Below are positions 10,902 to 20,983 of a stretch of DNA of 64,000 nt, piece after piece. Origin of the DNA: Bacillota bacterium. GTDB lineage: Bacteria; Bacillota; Clostridia; Lachnospirales; Lachnospiraceae. The stretch lies in NCBI GenBank assembly GCA_023411215.1, contig JAEYOY010000038.1, positions 1 to 64,000 of the forward strand. Reading direction: 5' to 3'. Made by a program: the position numbers and the translations under genes. The notes beneath the pieces are model-generated. The model ran no database searches. It was not told the origin of the DNA and worked only from the letters and a program-made list of their open reading frames with translations. Within the stretch, counting starts at the first letter, position 1, and every line of letters begins with the position of its first letter.

Positions 10902-11665
10902 AACATCCTTTCTATGAAATTGAAAAACCCGATACCAAGACCGACACCTACCGCAATACCGAGGGAAATTACGAAAGCCTCTACTGCTCTGGCTGTACCA
11001 GAGTTATAATCCCCTTGAAGCGTATCACGGATCGCGTTCGTAATCGGTATTCCGGGTACCATTGGCATGATGGAGCCGATAATAATCAGGTTGCGCTCAA
11101 TTCCACCGAAGTATTTAGCAAAAATCATTGTTATAACTGCTAATACGAAGCTTTTAGCCATATCCATAATAAATGCGCTGCCTACTCGGTTATCTGCCAG
11201 TCTTCCTATGATGACAATAAAAATACCGTTAATCCCCGCAAGAAAACAATCCATGAAAGAACCTCCGAAAATACCAACAAAGCCTCCCATCGAGATAACC
11301 GTTGCTATTGCTATGATCAAGCCGTTGTAGGTTCTGCTGTTCCTTATCTTCTCCAGCTTTTCATAAGCCTCCTCAACACTGATAATACCATCACAGATAT
11401 TCCTGGATATCTGATTGACATCATTAATTCTGCTTAGATTATTAGAACGATTTGCAATTCTCTTCACACCACTAATCGGTTCCATCGAAGGGTCGGACAG
11501 AGTTGCAACAATACCCGTAGTAGTTGCATATACCTCCACCGAAGAGAGACCTGCGGCTTTCATAATACGTATCATGGTGTCTTCCACACGAAAAGTCTCT
11601 GCTCCGCTCTGTGCCATAATCTCTCCGGCGAGCATTGCTGTTTTGAATAACGCCTGATAATTCAT
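10898..11665 (-). CDS. threonine/serine exporter family protein, large subunit (ThrE/DUF1212)
   Basis: 255 aa. N-terminal cytoplasmic region plus TM helices. Typical paired arrangement with the DUF3815 gene. Confidence 0.7.
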   Translation of the reverse strand: MNYQALFKTAMLAGEIMAQSGAETFRVEDTMIRIMKAAGLSSVEVYATTTGIVATLSDPSMEPISGVKRIANRSNNLSRINDVNQISRNICDGIISVEEAYEKLEKIRNSRTYNGLIIAIATVISMGGFVGIFGGSFMDCFLAGINGIFIVIIGRLADNRVGSAFIMDMAKSFVLAVITMIFAKYFGGIERNLIIIGSIMPMVPGIPITNAIRDTLQGDYNSGTARAVEAFVISLGIAVGVGLGIGFFNFIERML

Positions 11666-11828
11666 CTTTCTATTCTCCTGTACACTAACTTATCATACCT
11701 TCACTTCTTGTTAGCTTACTTTTTATTCTACCATAAAAGATTAAGTACATCACGATTTATTTTCTTTTCATTTTCTCTATAATCGTGTATTATCATCAAT
11801 ATAACTTCAATGACGAGGAGTCCTACTA

Positions 11829-13040
11829 ATGAGAACGTTTGCAATCAACCGAACCGGATATAAGCTTTTAATGATTAATGCCTTTATCTATATTTCCATG
11901 GCAATGTATACACCATATTTAAGCTCCTATTATACTAAAGCAGGAATTAGTGCCGTTGAAATCGGAATTCTGCTTACGGTTGCTCCCTTATCCTCCTTTC
12001 TGATTCAACCTATATGGGCTATTATCAGTGATCGGACCGGAAGAAGAAAGGATGTGCTCTCTCTTGTTGTTCTTGGTAGTGCTCTATCCATTCTAAGCTA
12101 TTATATCGGAAAAACCTTCGTATCCTTTTTAATCGCTTCTATATTATTCGCTATTTTTATGACCTCAATCGTTCCACTGAGTGATGCGCTCATACTGAGT
12201 AGTGCCCATAAAAACCAGCTGGATTTCTCAAAGATCAGAATGGGTGGGACGATTGGCTATGCCATCTTCGTTATCTTATCGGGAAGTATCATCAAGCTAA
12301 ATTCCGACCTCGCTTATATTATGGGCTCTGTGGGCTTTCTATGCCTATTTTTCTTCGTGCGACGTCTTCCGAAGGATGAACCGAAGGATATCACTGATAA
12401 GAAGGAGCTTCAACTAACAAGGCAAGAAAAGAAAACCAAAAAGTCCTTCTTTCATATCTTTGAATCAAAGCAGATCTATTTTCTCTTAGCTTTCGCTTTC
12501 ATCAGCCAGGTAGGATTAAGCTTTCATTTCAGCTTCCTAGGTGTATATATGTTGGATATGGGAATGACTGAGGGAACCATAGGCATAACCAATAGCATCG
12601 CTGCCTTCAGTGAATTGCCGGTATTATTCTTAATGAAGCGAATCATGAAGAAGATAAGTATACAGAAGATCATATTTACTGCATGTATGTTGTTAGGGCT
12701 TCGTCTTCTTTTGATTACCGGTGATAGTCTTCTCTTTATCATTCTATCGCAAACACTTCACGGAATCACCTTTATGTCGATTTATTTTAGCTGTGCCATC
12801 TTCATCAGTAAGAATGTAAAGCCTGAGAATCTATCCAGAGGACAAAGTATGCTAGCCTTGATTCAGACTGGACTTGCAAGTATCATAGGAAACATTCTCG
12901 GTGGATTTCTGGTGGATACCTACAGTTTGAAAACCGCTTATATTACAATTACAGTTCTAGTCGTAACTGTAGCAGTACTTATTGCCCTGCTTCAGTCAAT
13001 TTATCAGAGAAAGCAAAAACCTGAATTAAACAACATTTAG
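11829..13040 (+). CDS. MFS transporter
   Basis: 403 aa, 12 predicted TM helices. MFS loop motif (ISDRTGRRK) between TM2 and TM3. Confidence 0.8.
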   Translation: MRTFAINRTGYKLLMINAFIYISMAMYTPYLSSYYTKAGISAVEIGILLTVAPLSSFLIQPIWAIISDRTGRRKDVLSLVVLGSALSILSYYIGKTFVSFLIASILFAIFMTSIVPLSDALILSSAHKNQLDFSKIRMGGTIGYAIFVILSGSIIKLNSDLAYIMGSVGFLCLFFFVRRLPKDEPKDITDKKELQLTRQEKKTKKSFFHIFESKQIYFLLAFAFISQVGLSFHFSFLGVYMLDMGMTEGTIGITNSIAAFSELPVLFLMKRIMKKISIQKIIFTACMLLGLRLLLITGDSLLFIILSQTLHGITFMSIYFSCAIFISKNVKPENLSRGQSMLALIQTGLASIIGNILGGFLVDTYSLKTAYITITVLVVTVAVLIALLQSIYQRKQKPELNNI

Positions 13041-13196
13041 TGAAATAACGCGATGCAACTTCTATGAAGAAATTATTTAATCGATCGGAACTGAGTAACA
13101 CCTGTTTCTATCAAAATTATTATGCAATAAGCTGCGGTTTCTTCTCATTCTCTTAGTAAAAATCAGAACAATATAGTCTGGCTACTGTCATGAATC

Positions 13197-13224
13197 AAAA
13201 AGGCTTGCATCTTAGCAAGCCTTT
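13197..13224 (-). terminator. hairpin terminator
   Basis: aaaggcttgcatcttagcaagccttt. The minus strand is followed by a U-rich tract. It sits just 3' of the 13237..13473 gene. Confidence 0.5.
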
Positions 13225-13236
13225 CAAATTTATATC

Positions 13237-13473
13237 CTATAAACCGTTATACATAAAATTAATTAATCGGTTGATATCTTCCTTTTCATAAGCCACCAGC
13301 TCGAGCTCTTCAATCTTTCCGTCGGAGAATACCTTAGCGAGTGCCACGTATTGAGAAAGTTTTGATTTCAAATTGAGACGATCACCTTCATTTGTTACCA
13401 GTTCCACTTTACCAACGCAGTTATCAATTACTTTAAATAATCCATCAATATTTGTTATGTTTGTAACCTTCAT
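13237..13473 (-). CDS. small hypothetical protein
   Basis: 78-aa ORF with plausible RBS. No recognisable domain. Confidence 0.4.
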   Translation of the reverse strand: MKVTNITNIDGLFKVIDNCVGKVELVTNEGDRLNLKSKLSQYVALAKVFSDGKIEELELVAYEKEDINRLINFMYNGL

Positions 13474-13724
13474 AGCATTCTCTCCTTTTCCTTTTTTCTA
13501 ATCCTTACTGATCAGGTTAATTATAGCAGATATTCCATAAAGAATCCATCCTTCCTTATTGTCCATAACGAGACGTCAATACGAAACTATATCCGGTATC
13601 CGATCGATTATTTACTGTCTCTGCTCTTAAATATATGTTGTAACCTTTCTTGTATGCGAGGCGTTAATGTGGTAAACTTTTTATTGATATATATTTCATA
13701 TCAAAAACCAATCAGGAGGAGAAT

Positions 13725-14837
13725 ATGCAGAAAAGAGCCTTTGGTAATACGGGACTACATACTTCCATTTTAGGCTTCGGCGGATTTCATTTATTAGAGA
13801 TCCCGGTGGCAGAAGCTAATTATCTCTTGAACCGTTATCTTGATGCCGGCGGTAACTATATCGAAACGGCAGCAAGCTACGGCAACGGGGAATCTGAGAG
13901 AAAGATCGGTCTATGTGTGGCTGACAGGAGAAATGAATATATCCTGGCTACGAAGACTGGAGAACGTTCGAAAGAAGGGGCCCTTTCCTCTTTGGAGCGT
14001 AGTCTTCATAACTTGAGAACAGACTATGTTGACCTTCTTATCATGCATGCGGTCGGAACTATGGAAGAGTTGGAACAGATATTGGCACCCGGCGGTGCAC
14101 TGGAAGGTGTGGAAGAAGCTCGCAGGGAGGGTAAAGTTCGCCATATCGGGATATCGATGCACGGACAGCCGGATGTACTGCTTCGCGCCTTGAAGGAATA
14201 TCCCTTTGAGGCTGTGATGACTACAATCAACTACTATGATCATTTTAATTTTCCAGAGATTCAACAGGAACTGGTACCTCTAGCCGAGGAAAAAGGGGCT
14301 GCCGTTATCCTAATGAAGCCAGTAGCAGACGGATTATTATGGCGATCCTCTGAAATCGCATTCAAGTATGCCTTCAGCCAACCGGTTTCTATCGTTGTTG
14401 CAGGAATTAATAACCGCGAAATACTAGAGGCGGATTTGAATTATGCCAAGAATTTCAATCCCATCACTGTCTCCAGAACGGAGCAATTATATACAGATGC
14501 GCCGGAACTCGGTAATTATGTATGCAGGCAATGTGGAAAATGTCTTCCATGTCCTGAGGGGATTCCGATACAGCAGATCTTTCTCTATGAAGGCTATTAT
14601 GATCGTCAGATGGCGGACGGTATTGTTACTAACGCTTCTGACTATGCCCTAAAGGAGCGCCTGCGTTTCTGGTTCGGAAATAATGCTATGGCGAGAAGAA
14701 GGTACGACGAGCTTGAAGTGAAGGCCGACCAATGTAATTCCTGTGGAGAATGCATGCCAAAGTGCCCATATGGAATTGATATCATACGTAAGCTATCCAT
14801 CTGTGATTATAAATTAGCCGGGAAAGATATTTATTAG
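13725..14837 (+). CDS. aldo/keto reductase fused to a C-terminal 4Fe-4S ferredoxin-like domain
   Basis: AKR N-terminus (GNTGLHTSILGFGG) and two Cys clusters (CRQCGKCLPCP, CNSCGECMPKCP). Confidence 0.8.
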   Translation: MQKRAFGNTGLHTSILGFGGFHLLEIPVAEANYLLNRYLDAGGNYIETAASYGNGESERKIGLCVADRRNEYILATKTGERSKEGALSSLERSLHNLRTDYVDLLIMHAVGTMEELEQILAPGGALEGVEEARREGKVRHIGISMHGQPDVLLRALKEYPFEAVMTTINYYDHFNFPEIQQELVPLAEEKGAAVILMKPVADGLLWRSSEIAFKYAFSQPVSIVVAGINNREILEADLNYAKNFNPITVSRTEQLYTDAPELGNYVCRQCGKCLPCPEGIPIQQIFLYEGYYDRQMADGIVTNASDYALKERLRFWFGNNAMARRRYDELEVKADQCNSCGECMPKCPYGIDIIRKLSICDYKLAGKDIY

Positions 14838-15123
14838 ACAGATATTCCCTAGTTTTACAATACTTCACGTATAGCAAAAACATCCTCTTAAAGATATAAT
14901 AGAAAATCATATCAGTATGTCGAATATAGATTTTCTGGTATGACAATACACTTATATAAGTGACATATATAAAGAAAGTAGGGATAATTATATTATCCTT
15001 ATCTATACTGTTTTGCCTGGTTCCAAAGACAGTATAGGCAACATAGGGCTCACTCATAGGAGTCATAGACGATAGAAAGCAGGCTTCACAATCTTTCTAT
15101 TGTCAGAAATAGGATGCCAAGAA

Positions 15124-15153
15124 GGGCTGATGCATAACGCATCAGCCCTTTTT
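15124..15153 (+). terminator. intrinsic terminator
   Basis: gggctgatgcataacgcatcagccc followed by a T5 run, after the AKR gene. Confidence 0.6.
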
Positions 15154-15298
15154 GGTACCGAAAGCATATAATAGAATCCAAACGAACTAAACCATCTAAC
15201 TTCATGATAAAAAGCACTATTCACAGGTAGCAACCTCATACGTTGTGTAACAAACCAAACATAATCAGTTCCACCTACAAACAGTGCCTATATAAATC

Positions 15299-15544
15299 CT
15301 ATAATTCTCTAAGAATCAGATCGGTACTTCCTTGATTGAGGCCAATTTCTATCCGAAGCACCTTAGGATGGCGGGAATATTCACCTCGAACCAGATCTCT
15401 TAAGTGGGTTCCACTCTGATAGCCATGGATTACCCGGATTCGATAGATATCCTTCTTTGCCTTCTTCAGTTGGTTATCAAGATATATCTTAGCCTGATAT
15501 TTTGTCATACCATGTATATCAACTTCAACAATGCCAGTATTCAA
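15299..15544 (-). CDS. Smr-domain protein
   Basis: 81 aa. VDIHGMTKYQA...L motif characteristic of the small MutS-related (Smr) domain. Confidence 0.65.
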   Translation of the reverse strand: MNTGIVEVDIHGMTKYQAKIYLDNQLKKAKKDIYRIRVIHGYQSGTHLRDLVRGEYSRHPKVLRIEIGLNQGSTDLILREL

Positions 15545-15549
15545 TCTGA

Positions 15550-17175
15550 TTACCTTCCAAACTCTGATAATTCCAGTCCCTTATTACGATCAAGGGCTGT
15601 CTGAATGCTCCAGTTATGCACGAACAAAAGAAGAGGGTTTCCTTTGAGATCCTTAACCTTCTTCGTGTCCGAGGAGACACTTAGTTTACTTACGTCAATA
15701 TCCTTATTCTCTACCCAACGGATATATTCGTACGATAAGGGTTCCAGACGAATCTCTACCCCATACTCGGTTTCCAGCCGGAACTTCAAAACATCGAATT
15801 GCAGGGTACCAACCACACCCACAATGATTTCTTCCATACCGGTATTATATTCCTGGAAGATCTGGATCGCACCCTCCTGGGCAATCTGTGAGATTCCCTT
15901 TAGAAATTGCTTTCTCTTCATGGTGTCCACCTGTCTCACTTTTGCAAAATGCTCCGGAGAGAAGGTAGGAATACCTTCATAAGTGAATTTCTTATCTGTC
16001 ATGCATAATGTATCTCCGATAGAGAAGATACCAGGATCAAAAACACCGATAATATCTCCCGCATATGCCTCCTCGATGATAGTCCTTTCACTTGCCATTA
16101 ACTGCTGTGGCTGGGATAAGCGAAGCTTCTTATTGCCTTGAACATGGTTCACTTCCATACCAGCAGTAAATTTACCGGAACAGATTCTCATAAAGGCGAT
16201 ACGATCCCGGTGTGCCTTATTCATATTCGCTTGTATCTTAAATACAAAAGCGGAAAACTCATTCTCCAAAGGATCGATTAATCCCTCTGAGGATAACCTC
16301 GGCAGAGGAGAGGTGGTCATCGCCAGATATTTCTTAAGAAAGAATTCAACACCAAAGTTCGTCAACGCCGATCCAAAAAATACCGGAGTCAGCTTACCGG
16401 ATAAAACCTGATCGATATCAAATTCGCTGCTGGCACCATCAATCAACTCGATCTCCTCAGTCAAGATATCATGATTCTCTTTCCCGATCAATGCATCGAG
16501 GCTAGGGTCACCCAACTCAACTTCAACTGTCTCGACTTCTTTCATACCGTTATGAGCTGCATAGAAGCGGGCAATGTGTTTGCTCTCTCTGTCGTAGACA
16601 CCTCTGAAATTCTTGCCAGAGCCTATTGGCCAGTTGATCGGACAGGTACGGATGCCGAGTACTGTCTCGATTTCATCCAACAATTCGAAGGTATTCTTAG
16701 CTTCACGATCCAGCTTATTGATAAATGTAAAGATCGGTATTCCTCTCATTACGCATACCTTGAACAGCTTCTTGGTCTGTGCTTCTACACCTTTGGAAGC
16801 ATCAATTACCATGACAGCAGAATCCGCTGCCATCAGGGTACGATAGGTATCCTCGGAGAAATCCTGATGTCCCGGTGTATCCAATATATTAATACAATAA
16901 TCATCATAGTTAAACTGCATTACAGAAGAAGTAACAGAGATACCACGCTGCTTCTCAATCTCCATCCAGTCTGATACCGCATGCTTATCCGTCTTCTTTC
17001 CCTTAACGGAGCCTGCAAGATTAATCGCTCCACCATATAACAGCAGCTTCTCTGTCAGAGTAGTCTTGCCGGCATCAGGGTGCGAGATAATTGCAAAGGT
17101 ACGTCTCTTTTTTATTTCCTTGGTATAATTACTCAAAGTAAATCCTCCAAACATATTTCCTATTACAAATGTCAA
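15550..17175 (-). CDS. prfC: peptide chain release factor 3
   Basis: GTPase motifs (AIISHPDAGKTT, DTPGH, NKLD) and RF3-specific C-terminal domains. Confidence 0.9.
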   Translation of the reverse strand: MTFVIGNMFGGFTLSNYTKEIKKRRTFAIISHPDAGKTTLTEKLLLYGGAINLAGSVKGKKTDKHAVSDWMEIEKQRGISVTSSVMQFNYDDYCINILDTPGHQDFSEDTYRTLMAADSAVMVIDASKGVEAQTKKLFKVCVMRGIPIFTFINKLDREAKNTFELLDEIETVLGIRTCPINWPIGSGKNFRGVYDRESKHIARFYAAHNGMKEVETVEVELGDPSLDALIGKENHDILTEEIELIDGASSEFDIDQVLSGKLTPVFFGSALTNFGVEFFLKKYLAMTTSPLPRLSSEGLIDPLENEFSAFVFKIQANMNKAHRDRIAFMRICSGKFTAGMEVNHVQGNKKLRLSQPQQLMASERTIIEEAYAGDIIGVFDPGIFSIGDTLCMTDKKFTYEGIPTFSPEHFAKVRQVDTMKRKQFLKGISQIAQEGAIQIFQEYNTGMEEIIVGVVGTLQFDVLKFRLETEYGVEIRLEPLSYEYIRWVENKDIDVSKLSVSSDTKKVKDLKGNPLLLFVHNWSIQTALDRNKGLELSEFGR

Positions 17176-17376
17176 AAATCAATAAACCATCTCATCTTAA
17201 TATAAAAGAAAGAGGATTGTCAAGGTATTTATCTACAGGATTTATATTCGTTGAAGTATTCTAGGGAAAACTAAGGTTACTCCAGTAACCCCATTTGCAT
17301 ACACAACATTTTTTGGCTTATATTAACATCACCATAGTAAAAATGTGTCGATTATACTTGATGAACATAGCCCTAC

Positions 17377-17406
17377 AAAAAGAATCAAACCCGAAGGTTT
17401 GATTCT
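17377..17406 (-). terminator. intrinsic terminator
   Basis: Minus-strand gaatcaaaccttcgggtttgattc followed by a U5 run, downstream of the Ig-like protein gene. Confidence 0.5.
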
Positions 17407-17502
17407 CATATTGGTCGGTATCCATAATTATAGTTTTATGAGTAGCTTGCCACAGTTTTATGCCAAACAGACCATAGAAGGGCTGCTGTAGCATCTTCCC
17501 AA

Positions 17503-18087
17503 CTAATTGGCTTTGCCTGAGGTCTTAGTAACCTCTTCTACCTTAGTTATCTTTGCTTCAATTCCAAGCATCTTTAAATACTGAACTAAATATTGCTGCA
17601 TAACCTGTGTGATTTCCCCCGGCAGTGTTGCCTCTAAGCCAATATTATAGGTAATGCCTTCTTTCGGTGTTACCGACTGCTTCCCAGGGTCTTCCTCTGT
17701 GATAAAGTCAAAGCTTTTATACTTCTTAAGTATATTCCCCGCCGCATCCCGTACTGCACCGGAAGGAATTGCAACCGTATAATTCGTATTATAATCCAGC
17801 TTGGTCTTTGGCGTAATAATCAGTAAATTATCCTCAATCTCATATGTATATTCCACTACTTTTCCTAAAACAGATTTAATATTAATTTGATCTATGTTCT
17901 TTCCCTTTTTGATCATTTCGCTGAATCGAATTACAATCTCACATTCCTTCATGATATCAGTTGCTTTATCCGCAGGACTGGTTTTTGTAATTGTTGGCGC
18001 TTTTGTATCCTTTGCAGCGGCATACACTGCTGGGGTCATATTGATCAGTAATGCGATCATACAAATAACAGTAATAAACTTTTTCAT
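17503..18087 (-). CDS. secreted Ig-like (SbsA/Big-type) domain protein
   Basis: Signal peptide (MKKFITVICMIALLINMTPAVYAA) and an Ig-like beta-rich domain. Confidence 0.5.
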   Translation of the reverse strand: MKKFITVICMIALLINMTPAVYAAAKDTKAPTITKTSPADKATDIMKECEIVIRFSEMIKKGKNIDQINIKSVLGKVVEYTYEIEDNLLIITPKTKLDYNTNYTVAIPSGAVRDAAGNILKKYKSFDFITEEDPGKQSVTPKEGITYNIGLEATLPGEITQVMQQYLVQYLKMLGIEAKITKVEEVTKTSGKAN

Positions 18088-18188
18088 GAAATCCCTCCTA
18101 AGATCTTAACACCAGCTTTCATGCAAAGCTGATTGACTTAATCACAATTGTTTCTATCTATATTATACCAATATATGAAATAAGCTGT

Positions 18189-18278
18189 CAAACATTCCAA
18201 TACATGCTTTACCTTCAAACATTTTTCGAACATTCTTCAAACATACTTCTAACATTCTTCAAACATTCTGTACATTCT
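18189..18278. repeat. tandem degenerate ~10-bp repeats (AACATTCTTC-like, 7-8 copies)
   Basis: caaacattcc / aaacatttttcg / aacattcttc / aaacatacttct / aacattcttc / aaacattctgt / acattctag, upstream of the LysM-SleB gene. Confidence 0.5.
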
Positions 18279-18546
18279 AGTTTCACTCGCCTGTCCTTTG
18301 AATGAATTTATGTCAAGTTACACCTTCCAGGATCATAACTATCTTCTTCTGAGTTCATTTCATGTAATAAGCTATAAAATCATTATAGCAATAGCATATT
18401 CTAATCATTAAGGAAATAGGTTCCTTGTTTTATGCCCATAAATACCTGCATTACCAAGAAACCCACATTGGATTTATGCATTATGTCAGGTTATAATAGT
18501 TCCTATATCTAAGTAACCATTATTATCACCAAAAAGGAGGCTTCCA

Positions 18547-19299
18547 ATGAGACGATACCGCAGGCTAGTTCTAATCTTAGTGTGTGTACTTCTTTCCACG
18601 ATTCCTACAACAGTATTAGCTGCCGATTATACGGTTGTAGCCAACGACTCACTTTATAAGATAAGTCAGTTATTCGATACGCCGATTAATACCATCAAGC
18701 AGGATAACCATCTGACAACTGACACTCTTTACCCCGGACAGGTATTGTATGTTCCTGCAAAAATACATACTGTAATCAACGGGGACAGTCTGTTTACCAT
18801 CTCAAGGCAGTACGGGGTTCCCCTGGCTTCCTTACGTAAAGCGAATAACAAGTGGGATGATCTTATTCTACCTGGTCAGCAGTTCATGATACCCGGTGTA
18901 AAACCGACAGGTGGCGCAAACACAGTCATTCCTTATACAAATAGTGAATTGGATTTGCTTGCCCGATTGATAGAAGCAGAGGCAGGAGGTGAAATCTATG
19001 AGGCGAAGGTAGCGGTCGCTGCTGTTGTGGTTAACCGAGTCCAAAGCAAAGAATGGCCCTCAACTATTACATCAGTAATCAACCATGTGGCTGGAGGATA
19101 TTATCAATTTACTCCTGTAAAAATCGGAACCATCAATAATCCCGCTTCCTCTGATTCCATCCGAGCAGCCTGGGCGGCGCTGTACGGAAGTGATCCAAGC
19201 AAGGACGCTCTCTTCTACTTTGATAACAGCTCTACCAACCAATGGCTCTGGTCAAAGCCCATAACCGCCTATATTGATCATATGGTATTTGTTAAATAG
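18547..19299 (+). CDS. LysM-domain cell-wall hydrolase, SleB-like (spore cortex-lytic enzyme family)
   Basis: Signal peptide, two LysM repeats (YTVVANDSLYKISQ; HTVINGDSLFTISRQYG), and a C-terminal Hydrolase_2/SleB domain (LLARLIEAEAGGE...AVAAVVVNRV). Confidence 0.8.
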   Translation: MRRYRRLVLILVCVLLSTIPTTVLAADYTVVANDSLYKISQLFDTPINTIKQDNHLTTDTLYPGQVLYVPAKIHTVINGDSLFTISRQYGVPLASLRKANNKWDDLILPGQQFMIPGVKPTGGANTVIPYTNSELDLLARLIEAEAGGEIYEAKVAVAAVVVNRVQSKEWPSTITSVINHVAGGYYQFTPVKIGTINNPASSDSIRAAWAALYGSDPSKDALFYFDNSSTNQWLWSKPITAYIDHMVFVK

Positions 19300-19451
19300 C
19301 TGCCAATAACTGACGGACAGATTATTGATTTTATAAGTCTTATTCAAACGGCATTATCCGCCATTGACTTACGAAATCATTAATCTGTCCGTCAAATATA
19401 CTATCAACTGACATCTCTTATCAATGTCATTCATTGTACGGTTTCTCTTAA

Positions 19452-20726
19452 TTATATTATTTTCTTACCAGCTATGTATTTATCAACAAGATTACGATCA
19501 TCCGACAGATAAATCACTCTCTCTAGTCGTTGCTTCAGAGTTAATGGCTGCGGATGAACCAGGCTGGTATCATCAATTACTAAAGCATCAAACTCATAAC
19601 CCGGCTCAAAGCTTCCTACCTTGCCAAAGAATTCTCCACCACCCTTGGTACCAAGAAAGAATGCCTCTTCCATAGATAAGGGGGTAAGACTCTGGTCCTG
19701 TAATCTCCATAAAAGCTTTGATACCTTAACGGTTTCTGTCATCATTTTAAAGATAGAAAGAGAATCACCGGCCGCAACATCACTACCCAACCCCATCTTC
19801 AGTCCGCGGTCAAGATAGGTTCTGACCGGAGCAATACCAGAGGATAAATTCATGTTAGAATCGGGACAATGGGCGATGAATACTTTATTCTCATGTACCA
19901 GCTCTATCTCTTCCTTCGTCAGATAGATGCAATGCGCCATAATCGTCGGTACCGTACCGCCAAACAACCCATATTCATTATAAGCATCTGCATACCCTGC
20001 TGTACTGGGAAACAGTTCTTTCACAAATTCTATCTCTAACAAGTTCTCGGACAGATGAGATTGCACTGGCAGATCCTCTTCCCTGCAGATTACGGATAGC
20101 TCGGTTAACAGATCTTCTGTACAGGAAGGCAAGAATCTCGGAGTAATAATCGGTGTTATATTATTATATTTATTACGTGATGAACTAAGCCACTTCTTTG
20201 TGTCATGTATAGACTGCTCACTGTCCTCACATAGTACCGGCGGACAGTTCCGATTCATGTTTACCTTACCAACCTTGCACTTAAGTCCTGTTTCCTCCAA
20301 CAGATCCATAAGTAATCCGGTTCCTTCTGTATGGATGGTTCCAAAGATACATGCTCTGGTTGTTGCGCTCTTCTTCAAGTCTTCCGCAAAGATGGAATAT
20401 GCCTTTCTTGCATAATCAAGATCAGCGTACTTTGCTTCCTCCGGAAATGTATTATATTCCAACCATTTTAAAAGCTCCATGTCCATCCCTAAACTACGGA
20501 TTGCATACTGAGGTGCATGAGTATGCAGATCAATCAACCCCGGTATAATTAAACTATCCTGATAATCCGTACAGCTAATGCCAATGAATTTTTCAGGAAG
20601 CATCTCATATACTCCCTCAACCTTACCGTCTTCACAAACCAGGTATCCGTTCGGAATACACACAAGCTCCTTTGAACTCCTTGAATATAAGATGTTTCCC
20701 TTTAAAGCAAATAACTTCATATCCAT
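19452..20726 (-). CDS. amidohydrolase-family metallo-dependent hydrolase (guanine deaminase/chlorohydrolase-like)
   Basis: HxH metal motif (IDLHTHAPQ) and downstream His/Asp ligands typical of the amidohydrolase superfamily. Confidence 0.7.
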   Translation of the reverse strand: MDMKLFALKGNILYSRSSKELVCIPNGYLVCEDGKVEGVYEMLPEKFIGISCTDYQDSLIIPGLIDLHTHAPQYAIRSLGMDMELLKWLEYNTFPEEAKYADLDYARKAYSIFAEDLKKSATTRACIFGTIHTEGTGLLMDLLEETGLKCKVGKVNMNRNCPPVLCEDSEQSIHDTKKWLSSSRNKYNNITPIITPRFLPSCTEDLLTELSVICREEDLPVQSHLSENLLEIEFVKELFPSTAGYADAYNEYGLFGGTVPTIMAHCIYLTKEEIELVHENKVFIAHCPDSNMNLSSGIAPVRTYLDRGLKMGLGSDVAAGDSLSIFKMMTETVKVSKLLWRLQDQSLTPLSMEEAFFLGTKGGGEFFGKVGSFEPGYEFDALVIDDTSLVHPQPLTLKQRLERVIYLSDDRNLVDKYIAGKKII

Positions 20727-20913
20727 CGAATCACACCTTTCCTGTATATATTCATAGTACTAAGTCAAAAAATAAGTCAATTATATAAGCACTGATACAT
20801 GTCTTCTCTATACATAAAGAACCGTTCGAAATATAAAATTGATCATCACTTGTATCAAATCCTTCCTTGATAATTGATTGAATTCCCTCCTATATCTATT
20901 TTACTTTATTTGA

Positions 20914-20948
20914 TAAAAAAAGCCAATCAGAAACTTTCTGATTGGCTT
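20914..20948 (-). terminator. intrinsic terminator (bidirectional)
   Basis: aagccaatcagaaactttctgattggctt flanked by A7 (plus strand) / U7 (minus strand), just 3' of the ATPase gene. Confidence 0.6.
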
Positions 20949-20983
20949 AGTTATTTTACAAAAGTTATATATTAATCTACCTA

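Noticed and set aside
18189-18278. Possible CRISPR array
   Set aside because: The ~10-bp contiguous degenerate units have no spacers, and no cas genes are nearby. It is a simple tandem repeat.
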